Positions 27,194 to 41,617 of a stretch of DNA of 64,000 bases are shown here, in pieces. This DNA comes from Adineta vaga (taxonomy: Eukaryota > Animalia > Rotifera). Every line of letters starts with the position of its first letter. Positions within the stretch are counted from its first letter, which is position 1. The notes beneath the pieces were generated by a model. The model did no database searches, was not told where the DNA came from, and saw only the letters and a list, made by a program, of their open reading frames with translations. The stretch is taken from assembly GCA_021613535.1 (NCBI GenBank), contig CP075492.1:17980001-18044000 (forward strand), in the 5' to 3' direction. The translations under genes were made by a program, and so were the position numbers.

Positions 27194-27781
27194 AATCTTT
27201 GGTTTTACAAGAAATCCTATACAAACTACATTTTTTTCACTTTATTAATCAAGAAAAATTTTAAAATTCATGTAGTTTTTTTATTCAAATCAAAATAAAA
27301 CCATTCTATACTTTCTGCTTCTTGTCATTCGCAAAGTAATTCAAATTTTTAGATTCGTTAATCATTATAATCGGAAATATCAAGTTTACTTTCTGGATCA
27401 AATAATGAATCTATGAGATGATGCGATATATCTTGGTGATGCGTGTTCAAGGATTAAAAGAAATTTTGAATTCGCCACAAAATCAAACTCCCCATTAACT
27501 CATTATTTTTGATATTATTAAAAACAATTCGATTGTAATCGACGATAATCGGGCATTTTTTTTTACTGAATTACTGTCTCTCATTATAGTAAGATTAGTT
27601 ATATTTCAAATGATTATGACGATATTAATTAACTTGGAATGAAAATTTCACCAATAAACCTTTTAGAAGAATGATTTGATGAGGCAGAATGACATAAAAT
27701 CAATCTAATATGATTCAATATAATTTTTAATTACATCAAACGATACGCTTGATGATAACATACGCATAAAACAGAAAAGAA

Positions 27782-27823
27782 AAGGATGTGGGTATTCGTC
27801 TATTGGACACCCACACCCTCAAG
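27782..27823. repeat. Telomere-like palindromic site P11
   Basis: AGGATGTGGGT-ATTCGTCTATTGG-ACACCCACACCCTCAAG. Confidence 0.88.
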
Positions 27824-28186
27824 AAGAAATAAATTTAGATGGACTTTTTTCAAATTAGCTCGATAGAATTCGCTCAAATTTTCCCCCCAAAGACCATTAA
27901 CCCAGGACTATCAGAAGGATACCAAAAGTCTAGGATCTGTCATTAAGCAGGGTCAATCGTCGCTCTCGTGCATTTTCATTATAATATATATAAGTCTTTT
28001 TTCTTTTCTTTCAACAATCAATAAAAGGAGTTCAACAGAAAATGTATTGAACACTGAAACATTTTATGTGAGTAACCGAGTATGAATCTACATATATCAA
28101 AACTGAATTTGTGTGTTCATCACAAAAATGACGATTCGAAATTAATATTTTTAAATGAAACTTCTGATAATTCATTTTCACTTACT

Positions 28187-28231
28187 GCTAATGATTTTAA
28201 TAATGACGGTCAATTAGATCTTGTTGTTACT
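28187..28231 (+). pseudogene. FG-GAP/VCBS repeat remnant
   Basis: Translates ANDFNNDGQLDLVVT followed by a stop. Confidence 0.5.
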
Positions 28232-28790
28232 TAGTTTTATGAAGCAGTGATCTCCGATTATCGTTACTTTTGAATACTTGTGATTTTTGTTGAATGAATT
28301 TCCAATGGAAAGAAAATAACTGATTTATCTATCGAATGATTTATATTGATGATGAAAATTAATCTATTGAAAGTAGTGAAATCAATACGATCATTGTATA
28401 GAACAATTTTATAACATAAGCAATTCATTTTTTTTCTTTATAGAACATTGAGAAAATATTAATTAGTATCTTTATAAAAGCATTTCATGTAATTGTTGTT
28501 GTAAAACAAAATTCAAGATCCTTTTTTTTATTTAAAAATGAATAAGAAAAAGTTCATGGTTAAAAATAATGAAAAGTATGCGAAGTCAAACGATCGATGA
28601 TTGTATTTAACTACGAATCCGAAAGAATTTCAGAACTAAGAGATTTTCGTGAAATTTATATCACAGTTACTCTGTTATCTTTATTTGTTTTGCTGTTGGT
28701 GATCATAGAAATTGATTTCGAATGATTATTTATTGATTCCTTTTTTTTATAGAATCTATTCTCAAACGAACACTACACGTAGATATTTTC

Positions 28791-28861
28791 GTGGATGAGT
28801 GAAATGATTGTGAATACTCAACTCTTTTGATTTCTATCTACTCTAACACACCCACACCCTC
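28791..28861. repeat. Palindromic site P12 (degenerate left arm)
   Basis: ...TTTCTATCTACTCTA-ACACACCCACACCCTC. Confidence 0.75.
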
Positions 28862-29066
28862 GTCAACAAACTTCTATTGCTTTAGATTCATTCACTTTTT
28901 CATCATATGATACTTAAAAATACGGTTACTCATTATTATGAAGCATTTAGGGATTTAGTTTTACTGATCGAAAAAACAACATTTCGTATATATTATATTT
29001 GGCATATTGCAGAACAGATTGTTTTTGTAGGATATATTGTCAAACAAAAAAGAAATGCGTTTAGTT

Positions 29067-30113
29067 CCCTCGACTGAAAGGAGGGTCATATGAAAAAAAA
29101 TAGTTTGTATGTTTGTCTGTGTCAGGGTAAAAAAAAACATTTTCTTCAAAATCTACTGAAATATGATTTGTAGGCATTAAATGTTATTCAGAAACTAAAA
29201 CTGGGTTATGAGGGGAAAATATCTCTGTAATAAAAGCTTAATCATAACAGCAATAATAACTGAATATTTCATAGATGTTATTTCGTGTTCCTGGCAACTA
29301 TTTTTTTGCAGGAAACATATAATTAGTTTGGTTTGGTGCGAGAAACAAGAGCATAAGTTCATGTTCTTGAGATTTCAATAGCGTTTTTATCTGCATGAAA
29401 ATTATTTGATTTCTTGGTTTCAGAAATCCAGCAAATTGCGGGTTTTTTATGCTCGCCTGTGGGCTAACGTAAGCTTTCGTCAGGTTGGATATTGAGTCTC
29501 TCAAAAACTCTATAATAGTTTGGATAAACGACACTATTTAATCAGAGTACCTATAGTGCGATCGATGAGTAAAATGGGAAAACCTTGAACGCGAATGAGA
29601 AAAATCATAGGCAAAAACTACCGTATAATGGAGAGGTTAGTGTGCATAGGAGAGCGGCTAGTCGTGAGTGGCGCCGACGAACGACTAGCTGCTCAGCTAT
29701 ATCATTGGGCTTTTTGCATCATTAAGACTAATTAGATACATTGCAGGATGACTAAGGTTAGTTTGATAAGATTATCAGAATGGATTATGCCGCTATTGTT
29801 TAATCATTCCCTCGACCGAAAGGAAGGAGGATTATGAAAAAGATTAGGAAAAAATTGAAAATCCGTTTGTATGTTTGTCGTGTCAATGAAAAAGATCAAG
29901 TGGGTTTAGGTTTAACGCCATGAAGCGTCTTACATTACCCCACAGCGTTGATCTTCGTACTGGCAATAGATAGATATGTTTTAAAGTGGAAACGCACGGT
30001 GACGACAACCGGTCTTTGTTATTAGAGATACTGAATTCTAGTTAAGAAAATTCAATAATTCAGTCGAGGGTTAAGCAAGTCGCCCTCGATGAACATTATT
30101 TATTATTTACAAG
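29067..30113 (+). mobile_element. Two nested or tandem HINE-like elements (5' ends at 29067 and 29809, one 3' end at 30061-30113)
   Basis: CCCTCGACTGAAAGGAGGG..ATGAAAAA plus a GTTTGTATGTTTGTC microsatellite occurs twice; CAGTCGAGGGTTAAGCAAGTC at the end. Confidence 0.6.
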
Positions 30114-31943
30114 ATATGAAAAAAGAACAAAAAATGTATTATGAAAGTGTAGCATTTGTTCATTCTCTGTTTCTTGGAAATATTCAATCTTTAACAAATG
30201 ACATTAAGCAATAAGCATTTTAGGAAGGAAATTAGATCGATATTTGACTTCAAGATTTGTACCATGTTGATTATCAACCGATATCATTAAGATTTTCGTC
30301 AAATGATGACGTGCTGCAATGTGCGTAACTGAAAGATTAACTTTTAGAAATGAGAAATGGATATCAATTGAAAATCAATGGAGAAAGAAAGTCAATGGTG
30401 AGATAGAATTGTTCTATTATTTATCATCATCGATTCCAATAAAATCTTCTGAATTTCCCAATGAAACATTTCTTAGAAATGCATCATGTCATAGAAATTC
30501 AACTTTATCTAATGATCTTATTGGAAATTATCTTTATGTTGTTTGGCCACAAGCTGAATGTTATGATTTAGTGGTTTCATATGAGAAATAGAATAATATC
30601 AAATATGATTTGTTAGTTCATGTAAAGTATTATTCTATCTTTGCTAAAATGCCAATATCATATGAAAGAAAAATTCCATTTAGTGTAAATATGACAATTA
30701 TTCTTCCACAACATATTCATAGTTAAAAAGCTAATGACCAATTTACCATTGGTTTCATAAAAAAATGCCGTACTATATGCGTCGATGGTATATTTCAGAA
30801 GAATGTTCGTTACAATCGATGGATTTAGAAAGGCAATTAGCATCAATTCCTTAAATAAACAAAATCATGAATCATGATATTAGGCAAAGAAACTCTTATG
30901 GATGTACATTTATTAACTGAACGTTCATTACCAAGTTTAGTTATTTTGAACGCACAGCACGAAAAATTTCAATAGATATGATATATATGTACTCTAAATA
31001 GAACGACCTCCTCACTGACAAATCATTCATCATCTTGTAATTCTTTGAATATAAATCAGAGAATATGAATGAGGTATAAATACACTATACCATGTAAACA
31101 TGAAACGCTTTTTTTGTTTACAAATGCACCTCATCGCATTCCAATGAGGCTCGAATATATCTAGAATCACATTCAGATGCAATTACATCCCAAACTGGAT
31201 TTCTACGCATTTATTAATTGCGATTGAGATGCTTTCTTTTTCTAAATTGAAAGACGTAGAAATATAAAACATCTTTCTCTCATTAGACATGAAACGTAAA
31301 CTCCCAGAACCGACTAGCTGAAGATGTAGAGCTGACCACCCACCTTATTTTTACACCAATCCGAACTCTCTTGCCTTTCAAATAGTGTAGAAACATAGGA
31401 CGCATTCAAATTTTAAAACAGAAATCTTTTTATGAGGGAAATGCAAGAACAAGTTCGAAACTATATTTGAATGCCTATTCCGTCATAGTATGATGTTAAA
31501 GAAATACTTTTTCACCAGCTTCCTATCGATCAACGATGAAACTGAACGGAGCGCAACCATCAAAAGGTGTATACGGTTTACTCCTTTTGTTCTTCTTCCC
31601 TGTATCCTCAACACTGTTCGAACTTTTTTGAAAGACATTACCTTCTTGACTACAGAGTTTTAATACATAAGCTGTGATACCCATCAAATTTCCAACAAAA
31701 TTGCTAAACTATAGTGCATTCCATACAGAACACATCACTTTATCCCACACACTACAAGCAGACAACTTCTTTGAAAAACTCACTTTTTACAGTGGCAAAT
31801 CGTAGGTTTAAAACAAAACATGGTCTCATTCAAATAAAAAGACTTCCAAATGCATAGTATATTATCTTTTCTCCTCCAACGGTTTTCTATAAACGATTTC
31901 TACAGAGAAACAGCATTACAAAATAATATCCAACGATCCACAG

Positions 31944-34900
31944 CTAACATTTCAATCTGTTTCCAGAACGATTCCAAAGATGTTCTGCTTCTTGATCACC
32001 GATCTGATTGTGAAAAAGATATAGTGCGGTGAGTGTCTGTAGAAGAGAGAGAAGACGAATGTATAAATTCTGTGAAGCGGGCATGAATATCACCGTATTC
32101 GTCTGCAAGGCATCACCAATATGTTGTGCTCCTTCGCCGCCGATTTGATTCGACGAAAGATTTAGTGTGGTGAGTGTCTGTAAAAGAGAGAGAAGATGAA
32201 CGTGTGAGTTCTGCGAAAATCGAATGAATATTACCATATTCGTTTGCAAGGCATCACCAACATGTTGTCCTCCTTGGTCGCCGATTTGATTGTACGAAAG
32301 ATCTAGTGTGGTGAGTGTCTGTGGAAGAAAGAGAAGATGAATCTGTGAGTTCTATGAAGAGCGAATGAATATTACCGTATTCATTCGCAATGCATCACCA
32401 ATATGTTGACCTCCTTCAGCGCCGATTTGATTGGACGAAAGATCTAGTGTGGTGAGTGTCTGTAAAAGAGAGAGAAGATGAATATATAAATTCTTTGAAG
32501 CGGGCATGAATATCACCGTATTCGTTCGTAATGCATGAGCAATATGTTGTGCTCCTTCGCCGCCGATTTGATTCGACGAAAGATCTAGTGTGGTGAGTGT
32601 CTGTAAAAGAGAGAGAAGATGAATATATAAATTCTTTGAAGCGAGCATGAATATCACCGTATTCGTTCGTAATGCATGAGCAATATGTTGTGCTCCTTCG
32701 CCGCCGATTTGATTCGACGAAAGATCTAGTGTGGTGAGTGCCTGTAGAGGAGAGAGCAGATGAACGTGTGAATTTTACGAAGAGCGAATGAATATTACCG
32801 TATTCATTCGCAATGCATCACCAATATGTTGACCTCCTTCAGCGCCGATTTGATTGCACAAAAGCTTTAGTGTAATGAGTGTCTGTAGGCGAGACAGAGG
32901 ATGAATCTGTGAAGAGGGAATGAATATTACCGTATTCGTTCGTAATGCATGACCAATATGTTGACCTCCTTCAGCGCCGATTTGATTACATCCAAGATCT
33001 AATGTAGTGAGTGTCTATAAAGGAGGAGAAGAGGTATGTATGAGTTCTGGAAAGAGCGAATGCGTGATACCGTATTCGTTCGTAATGCATGAGCAATATG
33101 TTGTGCTCCTTGATCACCAATTTGATTTTCCCCGAACTTTAGTGTAGTGAGTGTCTATGAAGGAGAGAGAAGATGAACGTGTGAATTTTACGAAGAGCGA
33201 GTGAATATTACCGTGTTTGTTTGCAATGCCTTACCAATATGTTCTGCTCCTTGATCACGGATTTGATTTTCCCGGAGCTTTAGTGTAGTGAGTGTCTATA
33301 GACGAGATAGAGCATGAATCTCTGAGTTCTGTGAAGAGGGAATGAATATTACGCTGTTCGTTCGCAGGGCACCACCAATATGTTGGGCACCTTGATCACT
33401 GATTTGGTTGTTCCAGAGATTTAGTGTGGTGAGTGTCTATAGACGAGAGAGAAGATGAATCTGTGAGTTGTCTGAAGAGCGGATCAATATTACCGTGTTT
33501 GTTCGCAAGGCGTCACCAATATGTTGTGCTCCTAGATCGCCGATTTCATTCCACCCAAGTTCTAATGTAGTGAGTGTCTATAAAGGAGAAGAAGAGGTAT
33601 GTATGAGTTCTAGAAAGAGCGAATGCGTGTTACCGTATTCGTTCGCAATGCTTTACCAATATGTTGTGCTCCTTCAACGCCGATTTTATTCGACCTGAAA
33701 TCTAGTGTAGTGAGTTTCTATGGACGAGAGAGAAGATGAATGTATAAATTCTGTGAAGCAGGAATGAATATTACCGTGTTCGTTCGCAAGGCATCACCAA
33801 TATGTTGGGCGCCTTTATGATGAATACTATTAACCTCCAGATTTAGTTTAGTTAGTATCTATGAAGGAGAGAGAAGATGAACGTGTGAGTTCTTCGAAAA
33901 GCGAATGAGTATTACCGTGTTCGTTCGTAATGCATAACCAACATGTTGTGCTCCCTGATCGCCGATTTCATTCCACCCAAGATCTACCGTAGTGAGTGTC
34001 TATAAACGAGGAGAAGAGGGATGTATGAGTTCTGTAAAGAGCGAATGAATATCACCGTATTCGTCTGCAAGGCATCACCAATATGTTGTGCTCCTTCACC
34101 GCCGATTTGATTGGACGAAAGAATTAGTGTGGTGAGTGTCTATAAACGAGAGAGAAGATGAACGTGTGAGTTCTGCGAAAAGCGAATGAATATTACCGTA
34201 TTCGTTCGTAAGGCATCACCAATATGTTGTGCTCCTTGATCGCCGATTTGATTGGACGAAAGAATTAGTGTGGTGAGTGTCTATAGACGAGAGTGAAGAT
34301 AAATGTATAAATTCTGTGAAGCGGGAATGAATAGTACCGTGTTCGTTCGTAAGGCATCACCAATATGTTGGGCGCCTTTATGATCAATACTGTTATCATC
34401 CAGATTTAGTGTAGTTAGTATCTATGAAGGATATAGAAGATGAACGTGTGAGTTCTTCGAAAAGCGAATGAAGATTACCGTATCCGTTCGCAAAGCATGG
34501 CCAATATGTTGTGCTCCTTGATCGCCGATTTGATTGTACGAAAGATCTAGTGTGCTGAGTGTCTGTAGAGAGTATGGATATTTTGAAAACGTAGGTAATG
34601 GAATTGATACTGCAAGTTAACGTTTTTGAAGTAGGTGTGGCTTTCCAAAAGTAGTCTGATGAATGTGTGTGAAAGGGTTTTGATATGTTTGATTTTGGGT
34701 ACATTAGTCAGAGACATGGGTCATTGTTGGATGAAGTCGATAGGTTGGGTTTTGACGGCATTAGGAAATTGTGTAGGGAAATAGTTTTTATCTGTGAAAT
34801 TATTCATTGGGCAGCCACTGTAGACAATTTATAACAATCTCTAGTTGTAAGTGATGTATATCTTCTGAGAGTGCGGACATTTATCTAAGTTTTCTCGGTT

Positions 34901-35637
34901 CTCCACAGTTGATGGTAACATAGTGGCTGTTTTGGAGAAGTAAGGTTCAATATTGTTTTGATGTTTGTAGGCGAAGAAGAGCTTTTTTTATATTTGAACG
35001 TTTTTGCGTAAGAAGGTCAAGATAATGATAGAGTTTTGGTTTGTAATGATTTTGTCGTGTTATTTTGATAGCTAATTACAAAGAGAGAATATTGATTCCT
35101 GCCTAAGTATCGTACAGTGCCTTTTGTGCTATCTGGTCTTTCTGGAGGAAAGTTGTCGCATTACTTGCGAGATTATATAGAGATATCTGTTTGAATGGGG
35201 AAAGGTGTTTTATGCTTGCGCCATTCTATTCGTGTCCTTCTTCTGATCGCATATTAGATAAGATACATATTCTTTGGATGTGAGTAGAAAAGAACAGAAC
35301 GAAGTAATGGTTGTTTTGTAATAACATGAGTGAATGTTGTGGTGGGCTCACTCGTCGGAATTGCTTGTAAATTGTGAAATTATTTCCTTTCTTCTTTGAG
35401 AAAACTCATTAAGTAAGGTATTAGTAGGCTTATATGTAGTAGAACAGACAAGAAAATAGTTAAAACACTTAGGAAACTTACTTGATATCGATGATAAGTA
35501 TGAAGGATTTGGTTGAAACGTCGACAAACATTTGGCATTGAACAAAACAGTGTAAAATCACTCTGATGATCCATAATTCGATAAACGAGTTCGATGGGTA
35601 ATGTTAAAAATGTGTACTTGTTCTTTTTAGATTCCAT
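31944..35637 (-). CDS. F-box-like N-terminus plus 19 ribonuclease-inhibitor/NLRC3-type LRRs, one 28-aa repeat per 84-bp exon
   Basis: Exon 35482-35637 reads FLTLPIELVYRIMDH. Each following exon reads like TLTTLDLSSNQIGDQGAQHIGDALRTNT, with phase-0 GT-AG introns and no stops seen. Confidence 0.9.
31953..34570. repeat. Tandem array of ~141-bp exon+intron units (19 copies)
   Basis: Seen directly; the introns are also homologous between units. Confidence 0.95.
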
Positions 35638-36103
35638 ACAAAAGATTGTTGAAAATACAAGGTTTCGAATACACTTTGTTTGTTATGAGATGAAGTTTGC
35701 GATACTGAAATACTTATCTTTTTGTATCAAAAAAGAATGAAGCCCGACGATTTCAACAATAGCGAATGGTTGCTTTAGGTAGAAAGATGGCGTTAATGTA
35801 CATGTTATGTGGAGTTCAGTCTGTTGTGTATGTACTCTTTTGAGTTTGACAGAGGAATTCATTTTAAGAAAGAATGCTTTCGTATATTATACTCAACAAA
35901 AGTTCAATGATAAAATAAAATATTCGAAAGGAAAAAAATAGTTTAAATGTACACTAATCGACGATCTTGCTCTATTCTTTCCAGGTGTTTGTTTTCCTTA
36001 AGTTTCAGACAAGATTCTTATAATTGGAAAGAAAAAGATTCTTGCCGCCTTTTCAAGATCTACGTCACGTGATATGGTCTTTGTAATCACTCATATAAAG
36101 CAT

Positions 36104-36167
36104 TTGAGGGTGTGATTGATGGGTGTGGGTGTGGGTAAAACAGATATATCCACACCCACCCCTGCTC
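36104..36167. repeat. Telomere-like palindromic site P13
   Basis: TTGAGGGTGTGATTGATGGGTGTGGGTGTGGGT-AAAACAGATATATC-CACACCCACCCC. Confidence 0.88.
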
Positions 36168-36354
36168 TTCAGACAAACAATTAAAAGATATCAAGAAGTT
36201 ATAGAAATAACCAGCAAGTCGTTCAAATATGATATTTATGACGAAGTTCAGTGAAATATAAAACGCATCTATTTGTCCGTTTGTTTTAAACCGGAATTTT
36301 TATCTTTGCTATTTTATCTGTTAAGCAACATTTCCTTTATTTAGTAAATTACTT

Positions 36355-36757
36355 GCTTTTATTGAGCTGCTTAGCAAGAAATGCTCCTAACATTTGTCCA
36401 ACAATATTAAAGATACACTGGAAAGGTTTTAATTTCCGAGCAATCACTAAAGAAATGCTCACAGCTGGATCAATATGTGCACCTTAATTGAACAAATATC
36501 TTCACAAAATTTCATCAGACTTTCTTTTCTTACCTGTTACTGGTCCAGTAATCATGATCGCTGGGAAAAAACATAATTCTCTAATATTAACTGTGATTCT
36601 TCGTTCTACAAATCACCTGAATAGATGCCAATTCCAAATTCTACAGCAATTGGAAATATTGAATGTGTTGGTTGTTTGGCAAATTTATAGTTGGCAATGG
36701 CACATTCTCCAAGTAATTGAACAGAATATTCTTCCAGTTTTCTTCGAGTTATCATCA
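36355..36757 (-). pseudogene. Aquaglyceroporin (MIP family) 5' remnant
   Basis: Minus strand reads ...FGIGIYSG / AIMITGPVT^GAHIDPAVSISLVIARKLKPFQCIFNIVGQMLGAFLA, with NPA changed to DPA. The second half is absent. Confidence 0.75.
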
Positions 36758-37407
36758 TTTGTTTCTATTTTTATAGCAAAAAAAACAAAACAATCCAAAG
36801 CGTACTCAATGATTCTTTCACGTGGTTTCTTTTTCTCGTTCTTCTACACAAAACACCGTTCAAGGACGAAATGAATGATAACAAAATCGTTTCATAAATA
36901 ACACAGCATTGATCACTGAATAATCCCACGAGAATTTCTGCAAAATATTCAGTGAAATTTTCCTAAATTGATCAATGAAAGATGAAAAACAAGTTCTTTC
37001 TATCAAGAAAAGTTTATGATGTTAAAATAATCGTTTGATACGATATTCAATGATGATAATCATCTCAAAGAAACGTATGTTGTATTGAAAAGAGTTGCCT
37101 GAAACTACCTCCTAACAGTAACACAATGCATTGGAGAAAAATTCTAAATATAATCATGTAAATTTAGAGAGACAAAAATATATTCGTATGACTTGTTGAT
37201 TTGAGAAAAATAATCGACGAAAGGTAAAAAGAAAACTGTCTATTAGATATTTTGAGTAAATCATCTTGATAGATATGGTAATATTTCTGTGAAAATTTCA
37301 TAAATATAAGTGTGAATAGATAGAAAGAAACAATATTATTCGTATTGAAATAAAAACGAAAGTATAATTAACAATACTAAACTGCTTCAAAGACTAATTA
37401 GAAATGG

Positions 37408-39542
37408 TTATTTTTCGTTCAACGTAGAAGCAGTTTGTTCGTTGATCATTGTAGATGTTAATGAATTGTCATCTGCAGAGTTGGTTGTATGTTGAGGAAT
37501 GAATGAGCTCGAAGACGTTGCCGATATTTGTGGATATTTCAGATCAATTGAAAATGATGATGGTTTATCAAGAAGTATTTGTGCTTCGACTGCACATGCT
37601 CGTTCCTGAGGCATCTTCAAACTATTCATAAAACAATTCAAACAATTAGTTAATTTTTTTTATACATCAACTTACTTTCGCAATAGAATCATACCGATCA
37701 TGGCCAATAAACTCAGCGAAATACATATTATAAATACTGTCGATATGGAAAAATGCTACCATAAATCACAAGAAGACAAAGATTCATTTTCTGAAGATTA
37801 GAAAAACTTACTCCTAATAAAATAATCAGCATTAGTATTAATTGTGGGACACGAATAAAACACATCGCCGTTACTCGAACTAAGAAAAAGAATTCTCGAT
37901 ATATATATATATATATATAAAAACTACCAAATATTGTTCATACTTTCATCGGGAATATAGACACTTCTCAACATACTCATTGATGGTTGATAAATACCAA
38001 CACAAAAATTAAACAGAAGAAAACCAATTAAAATAGGTATGAAAGACTAAAATGATGTTAGATTAACTCAACAAAAAAAAGGAGATAACTATGGTCTTAC
38101 ATGTGGAAAAATAACCGGTCCGATCAATCCTATTGTAGCTAACAGAAAGATGATTCTAAAAATTCAATTTGATACAAAAATATTGTTTTAGAGAAAATTC
38201 ATTTACATTAGATAAGATTGAATTCGAATGTATTTAGCAAGAGGATAGAACACCAATGTACCAAGCATGCCAAGTATCTGATTGAATGCGTACAAGAATA
38301 TATCTTTGTTTGCATTGATCATTATTTCTTACCATGAAAAAAGCGAGAATAAAACCAAATGGTAATAGTTTACGATCAGCAGTACGATATTGAGTGATTA
38401 GAAGTGCTGGAGTACATTCAATAGAAAATATAGCGAATGCTGTTTCGAAGAAAGCGATACACAATCCGAGAACAATAATACGAGGATCTTATTAAATGTA
38501 TATGGAAAAATTTTCATTGAATCAATATAATATGAAAAAATACCAACCAGCTCGAAGTATACGAAATGTCGAAATGAATGAAGTAGACACATTCGTTTCT
38601 CGGATGCCATAATTTTCTGACCAGAATATTCGTATGAATATCATCGCTATAATGAATAATACAACAGCTACATTGAATGGAACACTGAAATGTAAAACAA
38701 AAAAAAAACACATTTATACACTTTCAATCAAATAACCGAACACTTACGTCTCACCACCGATTTTTACCAAAAATTGAGCAATAATCGCTGTTAATATCGA
38801 AATAATTGCTACACCAAAATCTAGAAGAAATGAAAATTAGAATTGTTTAACTGTCAAATGTTACTAACATGCATTTCTTAATATTAGTTTTAAAGATTGA
38901 TCATCGAGCAAACGCTAGAACATAAATAATTGTCATTGAATATAACGAACATTCTATCAAATATATACCTCTCGATGTTCTTGAATAATCCATGCTTCAA
39001 ATGCTGTTGTATAAAAGGCATTAGCTATGCCACCAATTATATTGGAAATAATCAAAATCCATGTTAAAGAAAAATTCTTAATATAAGAACGATTTCATCG
39101 AAGAACTACTACGTTCTATTATTACTTACGAACAAAATATATGAAGAAGCATAGAAAAAACCACTCAATAAACATCCCCATCGACGTCCACTAAATAATA
39201 ATGTCTATTTCTATGAGCGTTATCAAGAAAAATAACTCACTATAAATCAGCAAGTGAAGTCGTAAAAGTACCAATGAATAGTGAAGAACCAAAGAAAGTA
39301 ACATAAAATAATTCAATAGTTGGACGAGTAATTCCATAACTATCGTAGAGAACATATCGATAAGAATTTGGTAGACTGTTACCAGCTAGATTTTTCATAT
39401 AGATGAATTTAATTTATAGAAATAAACATATACAATTGTTTAGATATTTACCTTCTGCAAGAAAATATCCGATCAGATAAATCCAGTGTAATCGCTTAAA
39501 AACTGAAGAGGTAGAAGTCAATAAAGTACTGCCTTCATCCAT
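37408..39542 (-). CDS. MFS transporter, MFSD5/molybdate-anion transporter-like, many short introns
   Basis: IYLIGYFLAE..LQNSYRYVLYDSYG...SLADLYGRRWGC, LFTTAFEAWIIQEH and IYIPDESMNNI match the MFS_5 family pattern. Confidence 0.8.
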
Positions 39543-40987
39543 CGTTGCATACCTTAGTAATGTATTGAAAGAAACAACATATTCAACACCATGTGCGTTC
39601 ACGCATGAATAACATTCTTTACCTATTCTGTACTCTATATATCTTATCGATTCGAAACATGACCATGTATTTATGTGCAAGTGAAAATATATTGTCGTCG
39701 ATATTGAAAACGACATTATCTACTAGTTAGATGAAGAATAAAAGAAAGGAGTGAGGATGTAGATTAGGAAAACACTTATATCCATCTCTTTAGCAACAAT
39801 AATATGCACATAGGTAGTCCTTTGACAACTCAGTTTTAACGTTATTCTTTTTGCTCTTGACATGTTTTCAAAGATATATACGTGCTTATTTAGCCAATAG
39901 GATTTCGTCCATGTGCCTTCAGGATGGTTTCTATATTTTACTGTAAGCAATGCTTACATAGGTGTTTTAAGTGATCATATTTTGCAAGTTAATCTTTAGC
40001 ACGTTTAAAAAATTTGAGTTCAATTCCAAGTAGCACAAGAATTGATCATTATTATCACTCTTCTAATTGTTCTTTACATGAATGTATAGTTGATCATGTA
40101 TCTAAAAATGTTTTATTTGTCGCAGAACCATCCAATCATTTTACTGGACAGTGGCATAATGTGTTTCAGTAGTGTTCTTTCACTTTTTCTTTTTTCTACA
40201 TCGTACTTATATCGACGCTCGTGATCATGAGTGCCGTCGTTTCGAAACAACGATTTCATACAGTCGCCATTCGTACTGCTCTTCTAGAAATTAAGAAACA
40301 GTATGAAAAGCTGAGTCACCCATGGATCTGCCTAAAGAAAATTATTGGATTTGTGAAGTGATCGAGTACCTTGTCAATGGTGGTAGATGGAGTAATAACA
40401 TTAAGACTGATCAATTCAAAGTACAACCTACGATTTCTAATGAACCGTGTGAGTAATATTATCGTTCCTATTCCAAACTTATAATTAGATTCAGTTCGAA
40501 AAGGCATGCTGCTTATGCGAATAAAGTAACACTTCTAGTACGTCTTCGAATGAAAAGAGATCTACATGAGCAACAGATTTCGTATCTATAAAATATTTAT
40601 AGTTGTTTCATTGGCCTAGACATAAATATAGATCGTTTTTACTGATAACATTCTGCCATTCACTACAAAAATCAATTCAATCACGTTTGACGATATTCCG
40701 CAGGTTTTTAAACACTTGATGAGTTTTCATATCTATTTTCAAATACTTCATGTGGTGGCAATCATGCATTGTTCTCTGCTTAGCTCAATGCTTATAATTC
40801 ACATGAAGACATAGTTCTTTCACCAGAGTAAGTTGACCACTTATCATGATAATTTCGAGAAGCTGTGACGTACTTTTGTTAGCTACGAAGAAAAATGCTT
40901 TCTTTGATAGTTGGAACGTCTTTGTGGACAATATACGGATGGAAATTGACAAACATGACAAAAAACGGCATTGTTTCCCTTTGGCGG

Positions 40988-41003
40988 TGAGGATGGGTGG
41001 TGG
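40988..41003. repeat. Half-site P14 (G-rich arm)
   Basis: TGAGGATGGGTGGTGG. Confidence 0.45.
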
Positions 41004-41101
41004 TTATTATTAACCAAGAAACTATGTTTTATTCAATTATCTTATCAACTATTCACAAATGAAGACTGTCGAGGTTCGTCTCTTTCTGATTTTGGTTGTT
41101 C

Positions 41102-41151
41102 TGAGTGTCGGTGTGCGGATGAATGATGAACTTACTCCCAGCCTCACCCTT
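41102..41151. repeat. Degenerate palindromic site P15
   Basis: TGAGTGTCGGTGTGCGG-spacer-ACTCCCAGCCTCACCCT. Confidence 0.55.
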
Positions 41152-41617
41152 AGATACTGAGAATGATCGAATCCGGTGAATCTCGTATGAATGCATCGTT
41201 ATTATTATATCTTTTTCACTACCGTATTGAATAACATATTTTCTATTCGAGATAAATTGAAGAAAATTTTTGATAGAGTAAAAAGCGTCTGCTTACACCG
41301 ACAAGAAACGAAAAAAGTTATTTCGGGAGAAGAAAACGCGCCGTTCTTATCCAGAGTTACTAGTATTGTTTACCTTTGTGAAAAACGCTTCTATGTACTA
41401 AGAGATATATGTTACATCCAGCATAACATTGATTTTTTTCATTACTTCTCTGCCGCAATAAATTGAACAAACAAAAAATAACTGTATTTCATTTCTTCAC
41501 TTTCTCAAATCAAAGGAAGCTTTTATTAGGCTTTGCTATGATAAATATTGTAGAAAGCAGCTGGATCTTCGATCCATTTTCGATGTACAAATTAGATGCA
41601 ATTGCTTTTCATGTTGC

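Noticed and set aside
30114-30900. Possible decayed coding sequence
   Set aside because: Multiple stops and no identifiable family.
31330-31755. Short ACCACCCACC / CCCACACAC motifs as sites downstream of the LRR gene
   Set aside because: Too short and degenerate to distinguish from chance.
31953-34570. CRISPR-like regular repeat array
   Set aside because: The units are coding LRR exons plus homologous introns; there are no unique spacers and no cas genes.
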